Part shown: piece by piece, positions 1-9,123 of the stretch
Position numbering within the stretch: the stretch's first letter is position 1
How the letters are laid out: each line of letters starts with the position of its first letter
Source of the DNA: Candidatus Heimdallarchaeota archaeon
GTDB lineage: Archaea > Asgardarchaeota > Heimdallarchaeia > Heimdallarchaeales > Heimdallarchaeaceae
Direction of reading: 5' to 3'
Assembly: GCA_030668875.1 (NCBI GenBank)
Contig: DAOVER010000005.1
Location: 60,001 to 92,000, forward strand
DNA length: 32,000 nucleotides
Notes under the pieces: model-generated
Seen by the model: only the letters and a program-made list of their open reading frames with translations
Told to the model about the DNA's origin: nothing
Databases searched by the model: none
Program-made: the position numbers and the translations under genes

Positions 1-82
1 GTCAGAATATTCTTTGTTGTCTTTTAGTATTAGTTTTCATAGAAACTATGCTTAGTTAAAAGTGATGCAAAAGAATGACCCT

Positions 83-145
83 AAAGAAGAGGACCAATGA
101 AGCATCCTTTCCCTTCAGCAACCCATAATGGGGGTCCTCTTCCTT
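83..145. other. Candidate structured RNA/DNA element (three-way junction)
   Basis: Perfect 10-bp inverted repeat GAAGAGGACC (86-95) / GGTCCTCTTC (133-142) enclosing two small hairpins, TGAAG/CTTCA (98-102/113-117) and CCCA/TGGG (122-125/129-132). GC-rich relative to its flanks. I recognise no family. Confidence 0.3.
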
Positions 146-206
146 CTTCCACTTTAACAAAATCTTAAATAATTGTAAGATAGGTCGATTTTATTCGTGG
201 TAATCT

Positions 207-956
207 ATGTATAATATAACATTTGTACCTAAAATTAACGAAATCGGTCTCGATGAGAAAATCAAATTCTCTTCGCTTATTGATTATATGCAACATGCAG
301 CATATATGCATGCAGATCAATTGGGGGTGGGGCACCATCAGATTTTTCATAAAAATTTAACTTGGTTGCTTCTAAGATATGCAGTAGAAGTTCTTCGTCA
401 TCCCACATTAGATGAAAAACTTAGGGTAGTCACATGGGTAGCTGAATCTGAAAGCCCGAAATTCACCTTAAGAGATTTTGAAATCTATGATGAGAGGGAT
501 AATATCATTTGCAAAGCAACAACAAGCTGGTTGCTATATAATTACAGAAAAAGACAAATTGTGAATTTCGTAGATTATTGGTCAAATTACGATGCAAGAG
601 AAAAAAGAGCTTTAGATTATGATTTTCCAAAACTAGGATTACCTGAAAAAGTTTCTACAAAGAGAACCATAAAGGTCAGACTACATGATTTAGATATTAA
701 TCAGCATGTAAATCATCGAATGTATATAGAGTGGATAATAGAGGGATTACCACAGAAAATATTCAAAAAATATGAATTGGAAAAACTGGAAATTAGTTTT
801 AAGGATCAAGCGCTCTATGAAGATGAAGTTCTGGTGGAAACCGAAGCAGAAAAAATAAAGGGCACAGGACAAATTAAAGCGATTCATCAAATCACAAAAG
901 GAAAGAAAAAGAGCCTTGTTTCCAAAGCTGTTACCTATTGGGGAGCGCAGAAATGA
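207..956 (+). CDS. Acyl-ACP thioesterase family protein (FatA/FatB-like double hot-dog)
   Basis: N-terminal 'LIDYMQHAAYMHADQLG...WLLLRY...P...LRVVTW...RDFEI' and catalytic-half motif 'DLDINQHVNH..YIEW' match the acyl-ACP thioesterase family. Confidence 0.85.
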   Translation: MYNITFVPKINEIGLDEKIKFSSLIDYMQHAAYMHADQLGVGHHQIFHKNLTWLLLRYAVEVLRHPTLDEKLRVVTWVAESESPKFTLRDFEIYDERDNIICKATTSWLLYNYRKRQIVNFVDYWSNYDAREKRALDYDFPKLGLPEKVSTKRTIKVRLHDLDINQHVNHRMYIEWIIEGLPQKIFKKYELEKLEISFKDQALYEDEVLVETEAEKIKGTGQIKAIHQITKGKKKSLVSKAVTYWGAQK

Positions 957-1017
957 AGAGAAAAGACTCCTAACTAGTTTGAAGTAGATTTATATTATAG
1001 ATTGTCATAAACAAGTT

Positions 1018-2811
1018 ATGGGGTACGAAGCAGTCACTTTTCTATTATTTGCCGCTTATTTGCCGCTTGTTTGGATTCCAATCCGTTTAGCAATCAAGAA
1101 ACAAACAGGATACAAAATCGCTCCTGTAGTTCTTGCTCTCTTTCTGATGAGTGTATGGATAGTCGGTTTTATCGGTCGAACAATATTAGTTACAGCTGTT
1201 GAGCATTTAATTTTCGCAGGATCGCTCTCTATTATAGCAGTAATTGTCTTCGAGATAGTTCGAGGTAAAACTAGGTTTCTTAGGAAATTCAAGACAAGAA
1301 GACGTTTGACAGGACTTATCATAATTGTTCTTATCATTGTTGTTGGTGGGAATTCATTATTGGGTATAAACAAAACCATGCAAAGTGCAAGATATTTTGA
1401 GAATATGGTAACCTATGATTCTACCAATTTGCCATTTATTGTTCTTGATGAAGTAAATGAGATAGATAAGAATATGCGACTTGTTACTAAAGAATTTGCA
1501 ATAAGCAAAGCAGAACAAAACAAGGCAGTTTTTGGTTCTAACGCTGAATTAATGGAAGCTAATGTCATACTGGTTAACGATTCTATTTACTGGTGTATGA
1601 TTTACGCACCTAAAAGTTCAGCACAATTCTGGACTCCAGGACAATTTAACCATGCTTGGGGATTGATATTGGTTGAAGTTAACAACCCAAACGCTGAACC
1701 TGTAACAATTAATTTTCCAGAAGGAGAGTTTAATTATGCTGATGGTTTATGGCGCAACCACGATATTGTTCTTAAGAATTACCGCCGGGACCAAGGAGCA
1801 AAATACTGGCGTTCATATCCAGCTTGGACAGGTACTGAATGGGTTTACGTTGTTACTCGAACTACAAGAGATGTTTATGGAGCATGGTATTCCGATGGGA
1901 TAGACATTCTTGATATTAAAACAGGCGGTTTAATCACGCATTATACAGCTGAGGAATTAGACACAACCCCCAACTATATCATGCAGATTTATTCTGAAAG
2001 ATTGGTTGAAGAAAAATGGATCTGGAACTGGGGTGATAAGAGAGATACGACAGCAGAAGGCAACATACGTTTCTTTAGTGGTTTTCCATATTATAGTTCA
2101 GATAGGATTGGTTTTTATGGAGACGGAGTTGAAGATATCCGTTATGTGAAATATCAAAATTCTACAATAGCTTTCTTTGCCACACATCCTTTTGATTCTT
2201 CAGAGACTCTCGCAGGTATTGGTGTAATGACAAAAAATGATGTTACGTTTTATGACCTTAGAAAACGAGGATTCATTTCAGCTAATACAGCAGCTACGCT
2301 AGCTGAGGGGCAGCTTACTGCACCAAATGAAGGTGGTTACATTGTTCAAATGCCAGTACCATATACACTTAACACTTCTATCGGATTGAGATTATCTTGG
2401 TTCATACCCATCTATTGGCAAAGTGGCGCCATACAAAGATTATCTCACGTCTGTGTTATTGATGCCTTAGACTCAAGTTATGTAGCTATAGCTGAAGCAG
2501 AGGGACTATCGGGTTCTCAAGTAGTAAAAGAAGCACGCTTACAATTCAAGTCCTTTTTCACAAGTGAAATTGTCGAAGACCAATATGAAATTGCACAAAT
2601 AGAAGATGTTGGAAGCTACGTAGAAAATGGCGATAGTATTTTTGTTTATCAATTGAATGATAGTCGAACAATACGTTGTTCACAAGATTATCTGAATGCA
2701 ACTCATTGGAATCAAGTTGTTCTAGCGGATATAGGAGACGATATACGATATACATTCACTGAAGATGACGAAGGAATATTTTGGGCAACAGAGTTCTTTA
2801 TTTTAACTTAA
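1018..2811 (+). CDS. Hypothetical membrane-anchored protein (about 4 N-terminal TM helices, large extracytoplasmic domain)
   Basis: 597-aa ORF. Hydrophobic segments are confined to the first ~115 aa, followed by a Tyr/Trp/Gly-rich soluble region. No family confidently recognised. Confidence 0.7.
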   Translation: MGYEAVTFLLFAAYLPLVWIPIRLAIKKQTGYKIAPVVLALFLMSVWIVGFIGRTILVTAVEHLIFAGSLSIIAVIVFEIVRGKTRFLRKFKTRRRLTGLIIIVLIIVVGGNSLLGINKTMQSARYFENMVTYDSTNLPFIVLDEVNEIDKNMRLVTKEFAISKAEQNKAVFGSNAELMEANVILVNDSIYWCMIYAPKSSAQFWTPGQFNHAWGLILVEVNNPNAEPVTINFPEGEFNYADGLWRNHDIVLKNYRRDQGAKYWRSYPAWTGTEWVYVVTRTTRDVYGAWYSDGIDILDIKTGGLITHYTAEELDTTPNYIMQIYSERLVEEKWIWNWGDKRDTTAEGNIRFFSGFPYYSSDRIGFYGDGVEDIRYVKYQNSTIAFFATHPFDSSETLAGIGVMTKNDVTFYDLRKRGFISANTAATLAEGQLTAPNEGGYIVQMPVPYTLNTSIGLRLSWFIPIYWQSGAIQRLSHVCVIDALDSSYVAIAEAEGLSGSQVVKEARLQFKSFFTSEIVEDQYEIAQIEDVGSYVENGDSIFVYQLNDSRTIRCSQDYLNATHWNQVVLADIGDDIRYTFTEDDEGIFWATEFFILT

Positions 2812-2831
2812 TCGTTTGAGAGTAACGATTA

Positions 2832-2847
2832 TTTTTTCTTTTTTCTT
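2832..2847 (+). terminator. Oligo-T archaeal terminator candidate
   Basis: TTTTTTCTTTTTTCTT about 20 nt after the stop of 1018..2811. Confidence 0.45.
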
Positions 2848-2923
2848 ATCACTTAACTCTTTTATATTTCTAATTTAAATTAAACCATAGAAAGCATTAA
2901 CAAAGTAGGGTGTTTGAAAATCG

Positions 2924-3946
2924 ATGAACAAGGAAAAAAAGACGTTTGATTTAGTAAGTCTTGGTTCTTGCACTATGGATATGATTGTTTCCGTTGAAGA
3001 CGTATTGAGAATGGAACTTGTAGATAAGAACCTAATTGATAAAAAATATTTAGCAATCGAGCATTCTTCAAAATTGAATGTTAGCAACATCAAATTTCAT
3101 CCTGGTGGTTCAGCAGCAAATATCTCCTGTGATCTATCCAGCATTGGTTTTAATACGGCATATATAGGGGGAGTTGGAGAAGACTTCAATGGTAAAGCAT
3201 GTTTAGAAGATATGCAAAACCATGGAGTAGATACTTCAGGTGTTAAAATATTTGGTGAGGATGTAACAGCTATTTCTGTGATTATACTAACGCCTTGGGG
3301 TAGAGATAGTTCAATATTAGCATACAAAGGAGCAAACAACCTCTTCTCTGAAGAACACATACTAGATGAGATGTTATTATCTACAAGGTGTTTTGTTTGG
3401 ACATCATTAACTTCTAACAACGGCATTAAAGCAATAGAAAAATGCATAAAACTAGCTAAATCAATTAATGGTTTAATTGTTGGGGCACCATCGATTTCAA
3501 TCATAAAAAATCGTTCAGAGGAAGTAATTAACTTGCTTCGACAAAGCGATATTACAAGTTTAAATGAAGAAGAACTTATTGCTCTCACTAATGAAACTGA
3601 TATAAAAAAAGGAATGGAGAAATTATTTGATTTAGGCATTAATATTGTTAATGTCACATTTGGAAAAGAAGGTCAGTGGTTGAGCGATGGAAAGACAATT
3701 ATAAAGACCAAGCCTCCAAAGGTCTTTGCAGCTGATACAACAGGTGCTGGTGACGCAACTATCAGCGGCATCATTTATGGTATATTAGAGGAAAAGAGTA
3801 TTGTAGAAACAGCTAGAATAGCTGCTTCATTAAGCGCAATGGAAATTGAATCTCCAGGTGTGAGAGTAGGAACACCAGTAAAATATACAGAATTAGAGGA
3901 ATTCATGAAAAAGCATCCAATCACTCAGACAATAGTTGATTTCTGA
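2924..3946 (+). CDS. PfkB/ribokinase-family carbohydrate kinase
   Basis: 'PGGSAANISCDLSSIG...YIGGVGEDFNG' (PfkB signature 1) and 'DTTGAGDAT' (signature 2). Confidence 0.92.
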   Translation: MNKEKKTFDLVSLGSCTMDMIVSVEDVLRMELVDKNLIDKKYLAIEHSSKLNVSNIKFHPGGSAANISCDLSSIGFNTAYIGGVGEDFNGKACLEDMQNHGVDTSGVKIFGEDVTAISVIILTPWGRDSSILAYKGANNLFSEEHILDEMLLSTRCFVWTSLTSNNGIKAIEKCIKLAKSINGLIVGAPSISIIKNRSEEVINLLRQSDITSLNEEELIALTNETDIKKGMEKLFDLGINIVNVTFGKEGQWLSDGKTIIKTKPPKVFAADTTGAGDATISGIIYGILEEKSIVETARIAASLSAMEIESPGVRVGTPVKYTELEEFMKKHPITQTIVDF

Positions 3947-3988
3947 ATGAAGAATATTTGTGTGAATCCTATTGCATTTTCAATGCAT

Positions 3989-4717
3989 TCAGCTTCCAGG
4001 GAACAGATTCATTAAATCTACAAGTGATGAAATTATAAAATCAGGACTTTCTAGCTCAAGTCTAGATCGAGTGAAATCTCCTAGATCCCCTAAGATCCCC
4101 ACAGTTTTTGTTCCTCCAGCTTTACCAGCTCTGATATCTTGAGGAAAATCCCCAATCATAGCACACATTGAGGGATCCTTACCTAGTTCCATACACGCTA
4201 GCAATAAAGATTCTGGATAAGGTTTGATTTTCTTAACTTTATTTCGTGTAATTATGACATCAAAGTTATTTAAGAATTCAATATGTTTCTTAACTTTGTT
4301 AACAGTCTTGTCACCAGCATTTGTAACAATGGCTAAATCGTAACCTCGGGAATGAAGAACTTCCAAAATATCATTTACACCATCAAGTGGAACTATGTTT
4401 CTAAAAGCCATTGGATCAGATTTAACATTTCTTAACACCTTAACAACATCAATAAGAGATAGTTTCAATGCTCGGGCTGACTTCCACACCATTTGTAGTT
4501 TTAATAGTTTTGAACTACCTTGTGAGGTTTCCATTACTTGAGTTATCATGTCTTCTAGAACCTCTTGCCGTTTTTGTTTATCATAATCTGGTTTAACCTT
4601 GTCAAAAGCTCTTATGAATGGATACCACCATCTTTCACCAAGATCAATAAGTGTACCATCCATATCAAAAAGCAGAGCATCCACTTCATCTATTGGAATC
4701 ATATCTAACTGCACCAA
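3989..4717 (-). CDS. HAD-superfamily hydrolase (phosphoglycolate phosphatase-like)
   Basis: Motif I 'FDMDGTLID', motif II 'VTN', motif III 'KP.P', motif IV 'IGDFPQDIRAG'. An ATG at 4702 is an alternative to the TTG at 4717. Confidence 0.9.
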   Translation of the reverse strand: MVQLDMIPIDEVDALLFDMDGTLIDLGERWWYPFIRAFDKVKPDYDKQKRQEVLEDMITQVMETSQGSSKLLKLQMVWKSARALKLSLIDVVKVLRNVKSDPMAFRNIVPLDGVNDILEVLHSRGYDLAIVTNAGDKTVNKVKKHIEFLNNFDVIITRNKVKKIKPYPESLLLACMELGKDPSMCAMIGDFPQDIRAGKAGGTKTVGILGDLGDFTRSRLELESPDFIISSLVDLMNLFPGS

Positions 4718-4808
4718 AAGTATGATTATAATAATGTTATTAATCTATCAAAATCATCTGATTTGTTAACCAGAAGTCTTTTTAGATAACGCTATTTGTG
4801 TTGTAACA

Positions 4809-5429
4809 ATGAAAGTCTTTATTCTAATAGGGTTGCAAATAAGTGGCAAATCATCTCATGGCTATAGATTAAGAGAAGAAGAAGGAATACCAATGGTAGA
4901 GACCGGGCACGCGGTTTATCATGAGCTGAAACGATTGAATTTAGAAGTTAATCATGAGAATAGTAGCAAAGTTATAATTGGTTTGTTAGCCCAAGACCCT
5001 ACAGCTTTTACTCGTACAATACTAGATTATGAAAAAAAAACCTATGAGGGAGCTAAGTGTCTTATTTTAAATGGCGTAAAATCACCAGCAGAAGTTGAGT
5101 ATACACAGAGTCGATTCGGTAAAGAGAACGTAACAGTCTTTGGATTTCATTGCAGTCAACAGACACGTTTTAGCAGAGTAACTAACCCTGATAGGTTCGA
5201 GGTATCGGGTCAATTTCACGAAAAAACACAAGAAGATCAAGATTTGGCAAAATGGGAGAACTTCAAGAGTAGAGATTTAAGAGAGATTGGCTTAGGGATA
5301 GGAAATGCTCTCGCTTTTGCGAATGAAATAATCTGTACAGAGGATAATTTTTGGCCATATAATTCATTTGAGAGTTCATATAAACAGTTTCATAAGCATA
5401 TTTTTGATAGACTAACAAAGTCTACTTAG
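4809..5429 (+). CDS. P-loop nucleoside/nucleotide kinase, archaeal COG0237 (dephospho-CoA kinase-like) family
   Basis: N-terminal Walker A 'GLQISGKSS', 'GVKSPAEV', 'RFSR', and 'F..RDLREIGLGIG..LAFA', typical of this archaeal family. Confidence 0.7.
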   Translation: MKVFILIGLQISGKSSHGYRLREEEGIPMVETGHAVYHELKRLNLEVNHENSSKVIIGLLAQDPTAFTRTILDYEKKTYEGAKCLILNGVKSPAEVEYTQSRFGKENVTVFGFHCSQQTRFSRVTNPDRFEVSGQFHEKTQEDQDLAKWENFKSRDLREIGLGIGNALAFANEIICTEDNFWPYNSFESSYKQFHKHIFDRLTKST

Positions 5430-5450
5430 CGCTTTCATTATCTGCAATTG

Positions 5451-7985
5451 CTATTTTTTTGGAGAGCTTGGATAAGTTCCGATTGGCATTAGCACTCGCT
5501 TTACACTAGAGACTATACCGTGTTCCTTTTCAGGAAGAGTTATTGCATCAATCTGTGCTTCACCTAATGCAACCAATTCATTCTTCAAGGTATAAATCGC
5601 TACCATGTCGCCTGCTTTGAATTCTTCTGAATACCTTGAAACACCTGGTAAAGCTAATGGGGCACCATGACAGATAGTATTAACCGCACTGTCTTTGATA
5701 ATAACTTGTGGTATATGTCTCACCCCATATTCCATAGGTAGAATAATGTTTCGTAAGGGATTTTCATCTTTTTCTTCTCTATACCATGCAAAAGCATCAT
5801 ATAAATCATGGAGAGTGGATAAGAAATCATTTTCCGAAAATGGTCCAGAGCGCGTTCGTCTAAGTTCCTTCATATGAGCGCCACACGATAAACTTTGTCC
5901 AATATCATGGCAATTAGAAGACACAAAACCTGTTTCAATGAGAAAATTATGAGTTTTTGGTACAGTCATATCATAAACATAACCAGTACTTTGGACATTC
6001 TCAATTGATTCTATTTTTTCAATAATGAAATCATCCAGTTCTGGTAACATTATGTGTGTAGAAGCAGTTTTGTAGAACCCTCGCGTCATAGGGATATTTT
6101 CTTTTAAAATTCTATCCAAATTTCCACCCATTATTTTTTTCAATTCTGTTTTATGGGAAATTAAATAATTCGCAAAATGAAAACCAATATGATATTTATC
6201 TCCATATTCATGATCAGAATTCAGTTCTTCGAACTCAGTGAATTTTCTGATTTTCTCTGGATGGTTAGAACCAATTTCATTGATGAATTTCAACTCTGCA
6301 CCTATCGTACCAACAGACACTATATACATTGTAGTGATATAATTCTTAAAATTAACTTCTCTTGAAAAAATAGTATTTTCAATTTCTAATTTAAGTAGTA
6401 ATTTATGAAGTATTATTGCTTCACTTCTGTTAACCGTGTATAAAGAAATACGAGATTTAACACTATGAGAATATGTTTTTATTTGTACAGACCCATCCCC
6501 ATCAAAATAACCTCGTAAGTAGGAACAAATCAATTTAGGTTCAAGTTGGAGCAAAGGAGAAAAATCAGCATTCTTTTTTGGGCTTCTTATTCCTAAAGAT
6601 GCTGCTATAGTAGCAAGAAGAGAGTTTGTAAGAGATACACCCCAAACACCATTTTTATCTTGATTAACCGAATAATGTGAATTTGGGAATAATTCTTTGT
6701 AAATTTCAACATACTTATCAATTAGTTCCTTATTTGTATTATTAAAAATTAATCTTGTATAACGTACTGTATTTTTCTCTTTTGAATTATTTCCATCTGA
6801 AGCAATTAATCCTAAAAGATAAAATAAAGATTCATTTAGCTCTCTTAGCTTAATGATTTGACCTTTTACTTGCTTAAATCTATAAATTTGTTCTTTAACA
6901 TCTTCATATATTCCAGCTAGTTTAAGATGTTTTATTTTTATCGAGTAAGAAGAGTTTGAAACAAATGGCTGCCTACTAACATCTAGTTTTCTGCTCATTT
7001 CTCTAATACTACCATATTTTTTAATGAAGGCGTTTTTACATTTTTCCTTTATTTCATCTTGTTCTATAAGGTACTCATCATCCAAAAGATCTGACACAAT
7101 TAGTTTTTTACTAGTTAAGTTTGGTTTAAAACTTTTAACTAAAAAATCACCAACTCTTAATTTTCTAGCTTCAGTCATATTATAACCAACATCTGTAGAT
7201 TTCAACATTTCATGGTCTGGTGTAATAATTATTGAAATACCAGTTTTCATTTTTAGTTTAATTAAAACTGGAGGGGAAGGGATGGTTTGAACTGCAGATG
7301 GATCTTTTTGATCTATTTTTCCATCAACAAAAGAAAAGATTGTTTTTGGACTTTCAACGAAATCTTTAGCTGAAACTGATCCTTCAGCTGTAAGAATCTG
7401 AGTATTAGGATGTAAACAATATTTTCTAACATAAAATCCTGCTTGAGAGCTTATCCTAAAAAGAACTTCTCTTTCCCTTATATCAAGAATCTCTGAATTA
7501 TAGATGGTTCGAATTCTTAATACTCTTTTTACACTTGCCCTTAATGGGGGTCTTTGATACAAATCACCAACATAATCACCAACAATAGATCTTATTCTTT
7601 CTTCATCAATATCGGCGTGTAATCGCATATTTCCAACGTATTCCTTTCCAGCGAGGAGAAGTGTATCCAATATTCGAGTTGCTTTTCCTAAAGCCGTAGG
7701 AAGAACACCGGTTACCTGTGGGTCCAAGGTTCCAGAATGACCCGCTTTTGGAATGCCAAGAATCTTTTTTACATAACTAACTACTTCATGGCTAGTTGGA
7801 TTAGGAGGTTTGTCCAAGTTGATGATACCATAATTCAATAATTCTGCAATTGTTCGATTTGAAGGCTTTTTTCCCCATTTAAAATCAGTTGTATCTCTGG
7901 AAAGTATCTTTAAGGGGTACTTATTGTCATCAAATGATAACTTTGGGGTGGAAAAAACTAATGTCATGATATCATCACGGAGCAC
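5451..7985 (-). CDS. cbf5: Cbf5/TruB pseudouridine synthase (H/ACA RNP catalytic subunit) interrupted by an intein
   Basis: 'GIINLDKPPNPTSHEVV', 'GHSGTLDPQVTGVL' (catalytic Asp), 'YQRPPLRASVKR', 'LRRTRSGPF' and a C-terminal PUA domain. Exteins total about 342 aa (336 from the ATG at 7967). Confidence 0.97.
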   Translation of the reverse strand: MLRDDIMTLVFSTPKLSFDDNKYPLKILSRDTTDFKWGKKPSNRTIAELLNYGIINLDKPPNPTSHEVVSYVKKILGIPKAGHSGTLDPQVTGVLPTALGKATRILDTLLLAGKEYVGNMRLHADIDEERIRSIVGDYVGDLYQRPPLRASVKRVLRIRTIYNSEILDIREREVLFRISSQAGFYVRKYCLHPNTQILTAEGSVSAKDFVESPKTIFSFVDGKIDQKDPSAVQTIPSPPVLIKLKMKTGISIIITPDHEMLKSTDVGYNMTEARKLRVGDFLVKSFKPNLTSKKLIVSDLLDDEYLIEQDEIKEKCKNAFIKKYGSIREMSRKLDVSRQPFVSNSSYSIKIKHLKLAGIYEDVKEQIYRFKQVKGQIIKLRELNESLFYLLGLIASDGNNSKEKNTVRYTRLIFNNTNKELIDKYVEIYKELFPNSHYSVNQDKNGVWGVSLTNSLLATIAASLGIRSPKKNADFSPLLQLEPKLICSYLRGYFDGDGSVQIKTYSHSVKSRISLYTVNRSEAIILHKLLLKLEIENTIFSREVNFKNYITTMYIVSVGTIGAELKFINEIGSNHPEKIRKFTEFEELNSDHEYGDKYHIGFHFANYLISHKTELKKIMGGNLDRILKENIPMTRGFYKTASTHIMLPELDDFIIEKIESIENVQSTGYVYDMTVPKTHNFLIETGFVSSNCHDIGQSLSCGAHMKELRRTRSGPFSENDFLSTLHDLYDAFAWYREEKDENPLRNIILPMEYGVRHIPQVIIKDSAVNTICHGAPLALPGVSRYSEEFKAGDMVAIYTLKNELVALGEAQIDAITLPEKEHGIVSSVKRVLMPIGTYPSSPKK
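5913..7418 (-). mobile_element. Intein with LAGLIDADG homing endonuclease (502 aa) in Cbf5
   Basis: Begins at Cys (TGT 7416-7418, 'CLHPNTQILTAEG'). Block B 'ITPDHEM', LAGLIDADG motifs 'LLGLIASDG' and 'YLRGYFDGDGS', block F 'VYDMTVPKTHNF', end 'GFVSSN' then +1 Cys. Removal restores 'GFYVRKY-CHDIG'. Confidence 0.95.
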
Positions 7986-8017
7986 TAAGAAAAATAGAGA
8001 TATAAGGTTTGAGGAAA

Positions 8018-8299
8018 TTAAATCTGTGGAACTACGACTTCTTCCATGAATTCCTTAAAACCCGCTTCATTGATAGCAGCAGAAACATCGTCATCATTAG
8101 CATCTCGTTTTACTGAAACTAGTTTATCGGTTGGTTCTAAATGCATAACATTGCATTTTCTTCTTCTAACTGATGTTAGTTCTTTTGGACCTGTAACTAA
8201 AACATAATTTTGATTAATTAAATCCACGATCACAGCTTTCTTTCCTGCTTCTCTTCCGTTTGTTTTTACTATAATTCTTCCAATTTGAATTGCAGTCAC
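8018..8299 (-). CDS. rpl14e: Ribosomal protein eL14
   Basis: 'IGRIIVKTNGREAGKKAVIVDLINQNYVLVTGPK'. GTG start. Usual position between cmk and cbf5. Confidence 0.95.
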   Translation of the reverse strand: MTAIQIGRIIVKTNGREAGKKAVIVDLINQNYVLVTGPKELTSVRRRKCNVMHLEPTDKLVSVKRDANDDDVSAAINEAGFKEFMEEVVVPQI

Positions 8300-8301
8300 T
8301 T

Positions 8302-8841
8302 TTATTCACCTTTTGTTATTTTCTTAACTGATGCCATTATTATATCAACACACTCAGCTGCATCATATTTTTTTGTGTTGATTATTACATCATAGATGGA
8401 CAAATCAGAGATGTCAATATTATAGAGTTTTTGATATCTGTCTCTTTCTGATTCTTCTCTCATCAACGTCTCTTTTTTGATTTCTTCTATAGATCTGTTT
8501 TCTCTTTCAGCAATGCGTTGAATTCTTGTCTTTACAGGTGCTGTAATGTAGATTATCAAATCAGCAACCTTTCTTAGAACCCATCCACCTAATTGAGCGT
8601 CAACTATAATGCCATTTTCTACTTTTGCAAGTTCTACAGTTTTATTGTCTATGTATGTATCAATTTCATTGTTGGTTTCTGCAAGCTTGCTAAATTCTTC
8701 AATGGTCATGCCTTTTTCTTTAGCCATTTCTCTAAACAGTTGTCCAGCTGATACGTATGTATAATTCAACAACTCTGCTACAGTTTTTGCAGCTGTGCTT
8801 TTCCCTGAACCATGTGGACCAGAAATAGCTATTATAGGCAA
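8302..8841 (-). CDS. cmk: Cytidylate kinase (archaeal type)
   Basis: 'IAISGPHGSGKSTAAK', 'SAGQLFREMA', 'RYQKLYNIDISDLSIYD'. TTG start. Syntenic with eL34/eL14. Confidence 0.92.
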   Translation of the reverse strand: MPIIAISGPHGSGKSTAAKTVAELLNYTYVSAGQLFREMAKEKGMTIEEFSKLAETNNEIDTYIDNKTVELAKVENGIIVDAQLGGWVLRKVADLIIYITAPVKTRIQRIAERENRSIEEIKKETLMREESERDRYQKLYNIDISDLSIYDVIINTKKYDAAECVDIIMASVKKITKGE

Positions 8842-8855
8842 AATCGTTACTTCCC

Positions 8856-9113
8856 TTAGCTTCGAACATCCGCTTTAATTGCACTTTTTAAACATCGAGA
8901 GCATAAATGACCCGCATGTTGTCTACTAGGGAGATGTTCAGAACGGGACATTTTTCTTACTTTATTCTGAGATCCAAATGCAACACCATGGAGGATAGCC
9001 CCACATTGTGAGCAATGAGGTTTTTTAGTTCGCTTGGAAATTTTCTTTAATCTAGTTTCAGATGGGGTTCGTACTAGTCTTGTTTTTGAAACACGTAATG
9101 ATGGTCTAACCAT
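8856..9113 (-). CDS. rpl34e: Ribosomal protein eL34
   Basis: 'RTPS...PHCSQCGAILHGV...RQHAGHLCSRC' zinc ribbon. The ATG at 9113 is preferred over the longer ORF-track start inside the upstream gene. Confidence 0.9.
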   Translation of the reverse strand: MVRPSLRVSKTRLVRTPSETRLKKISKRTKKPHCSQCGAILHGVAFGSQNKVRKMSRSEHLPSRQHAGHLCSRCLKSAIKADVRS

Positions 9114-9123
9114 AAATATCTCC

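Noticed and set aside
86-142. SECIS interpretation of the hairpin element (ATGA follows the 5' stem)
   Set aside because: There is no GA on the 3' side to form the tandem G-A core and no long helix II with an apical AA loop.
4809-5429. P-loop kinase as the displaced adenylate kinase
   Set aside because: Motifs (GVKSPAEV, RDLREIGLGIG) fit the COG0237-type family and not archaeal Adk.
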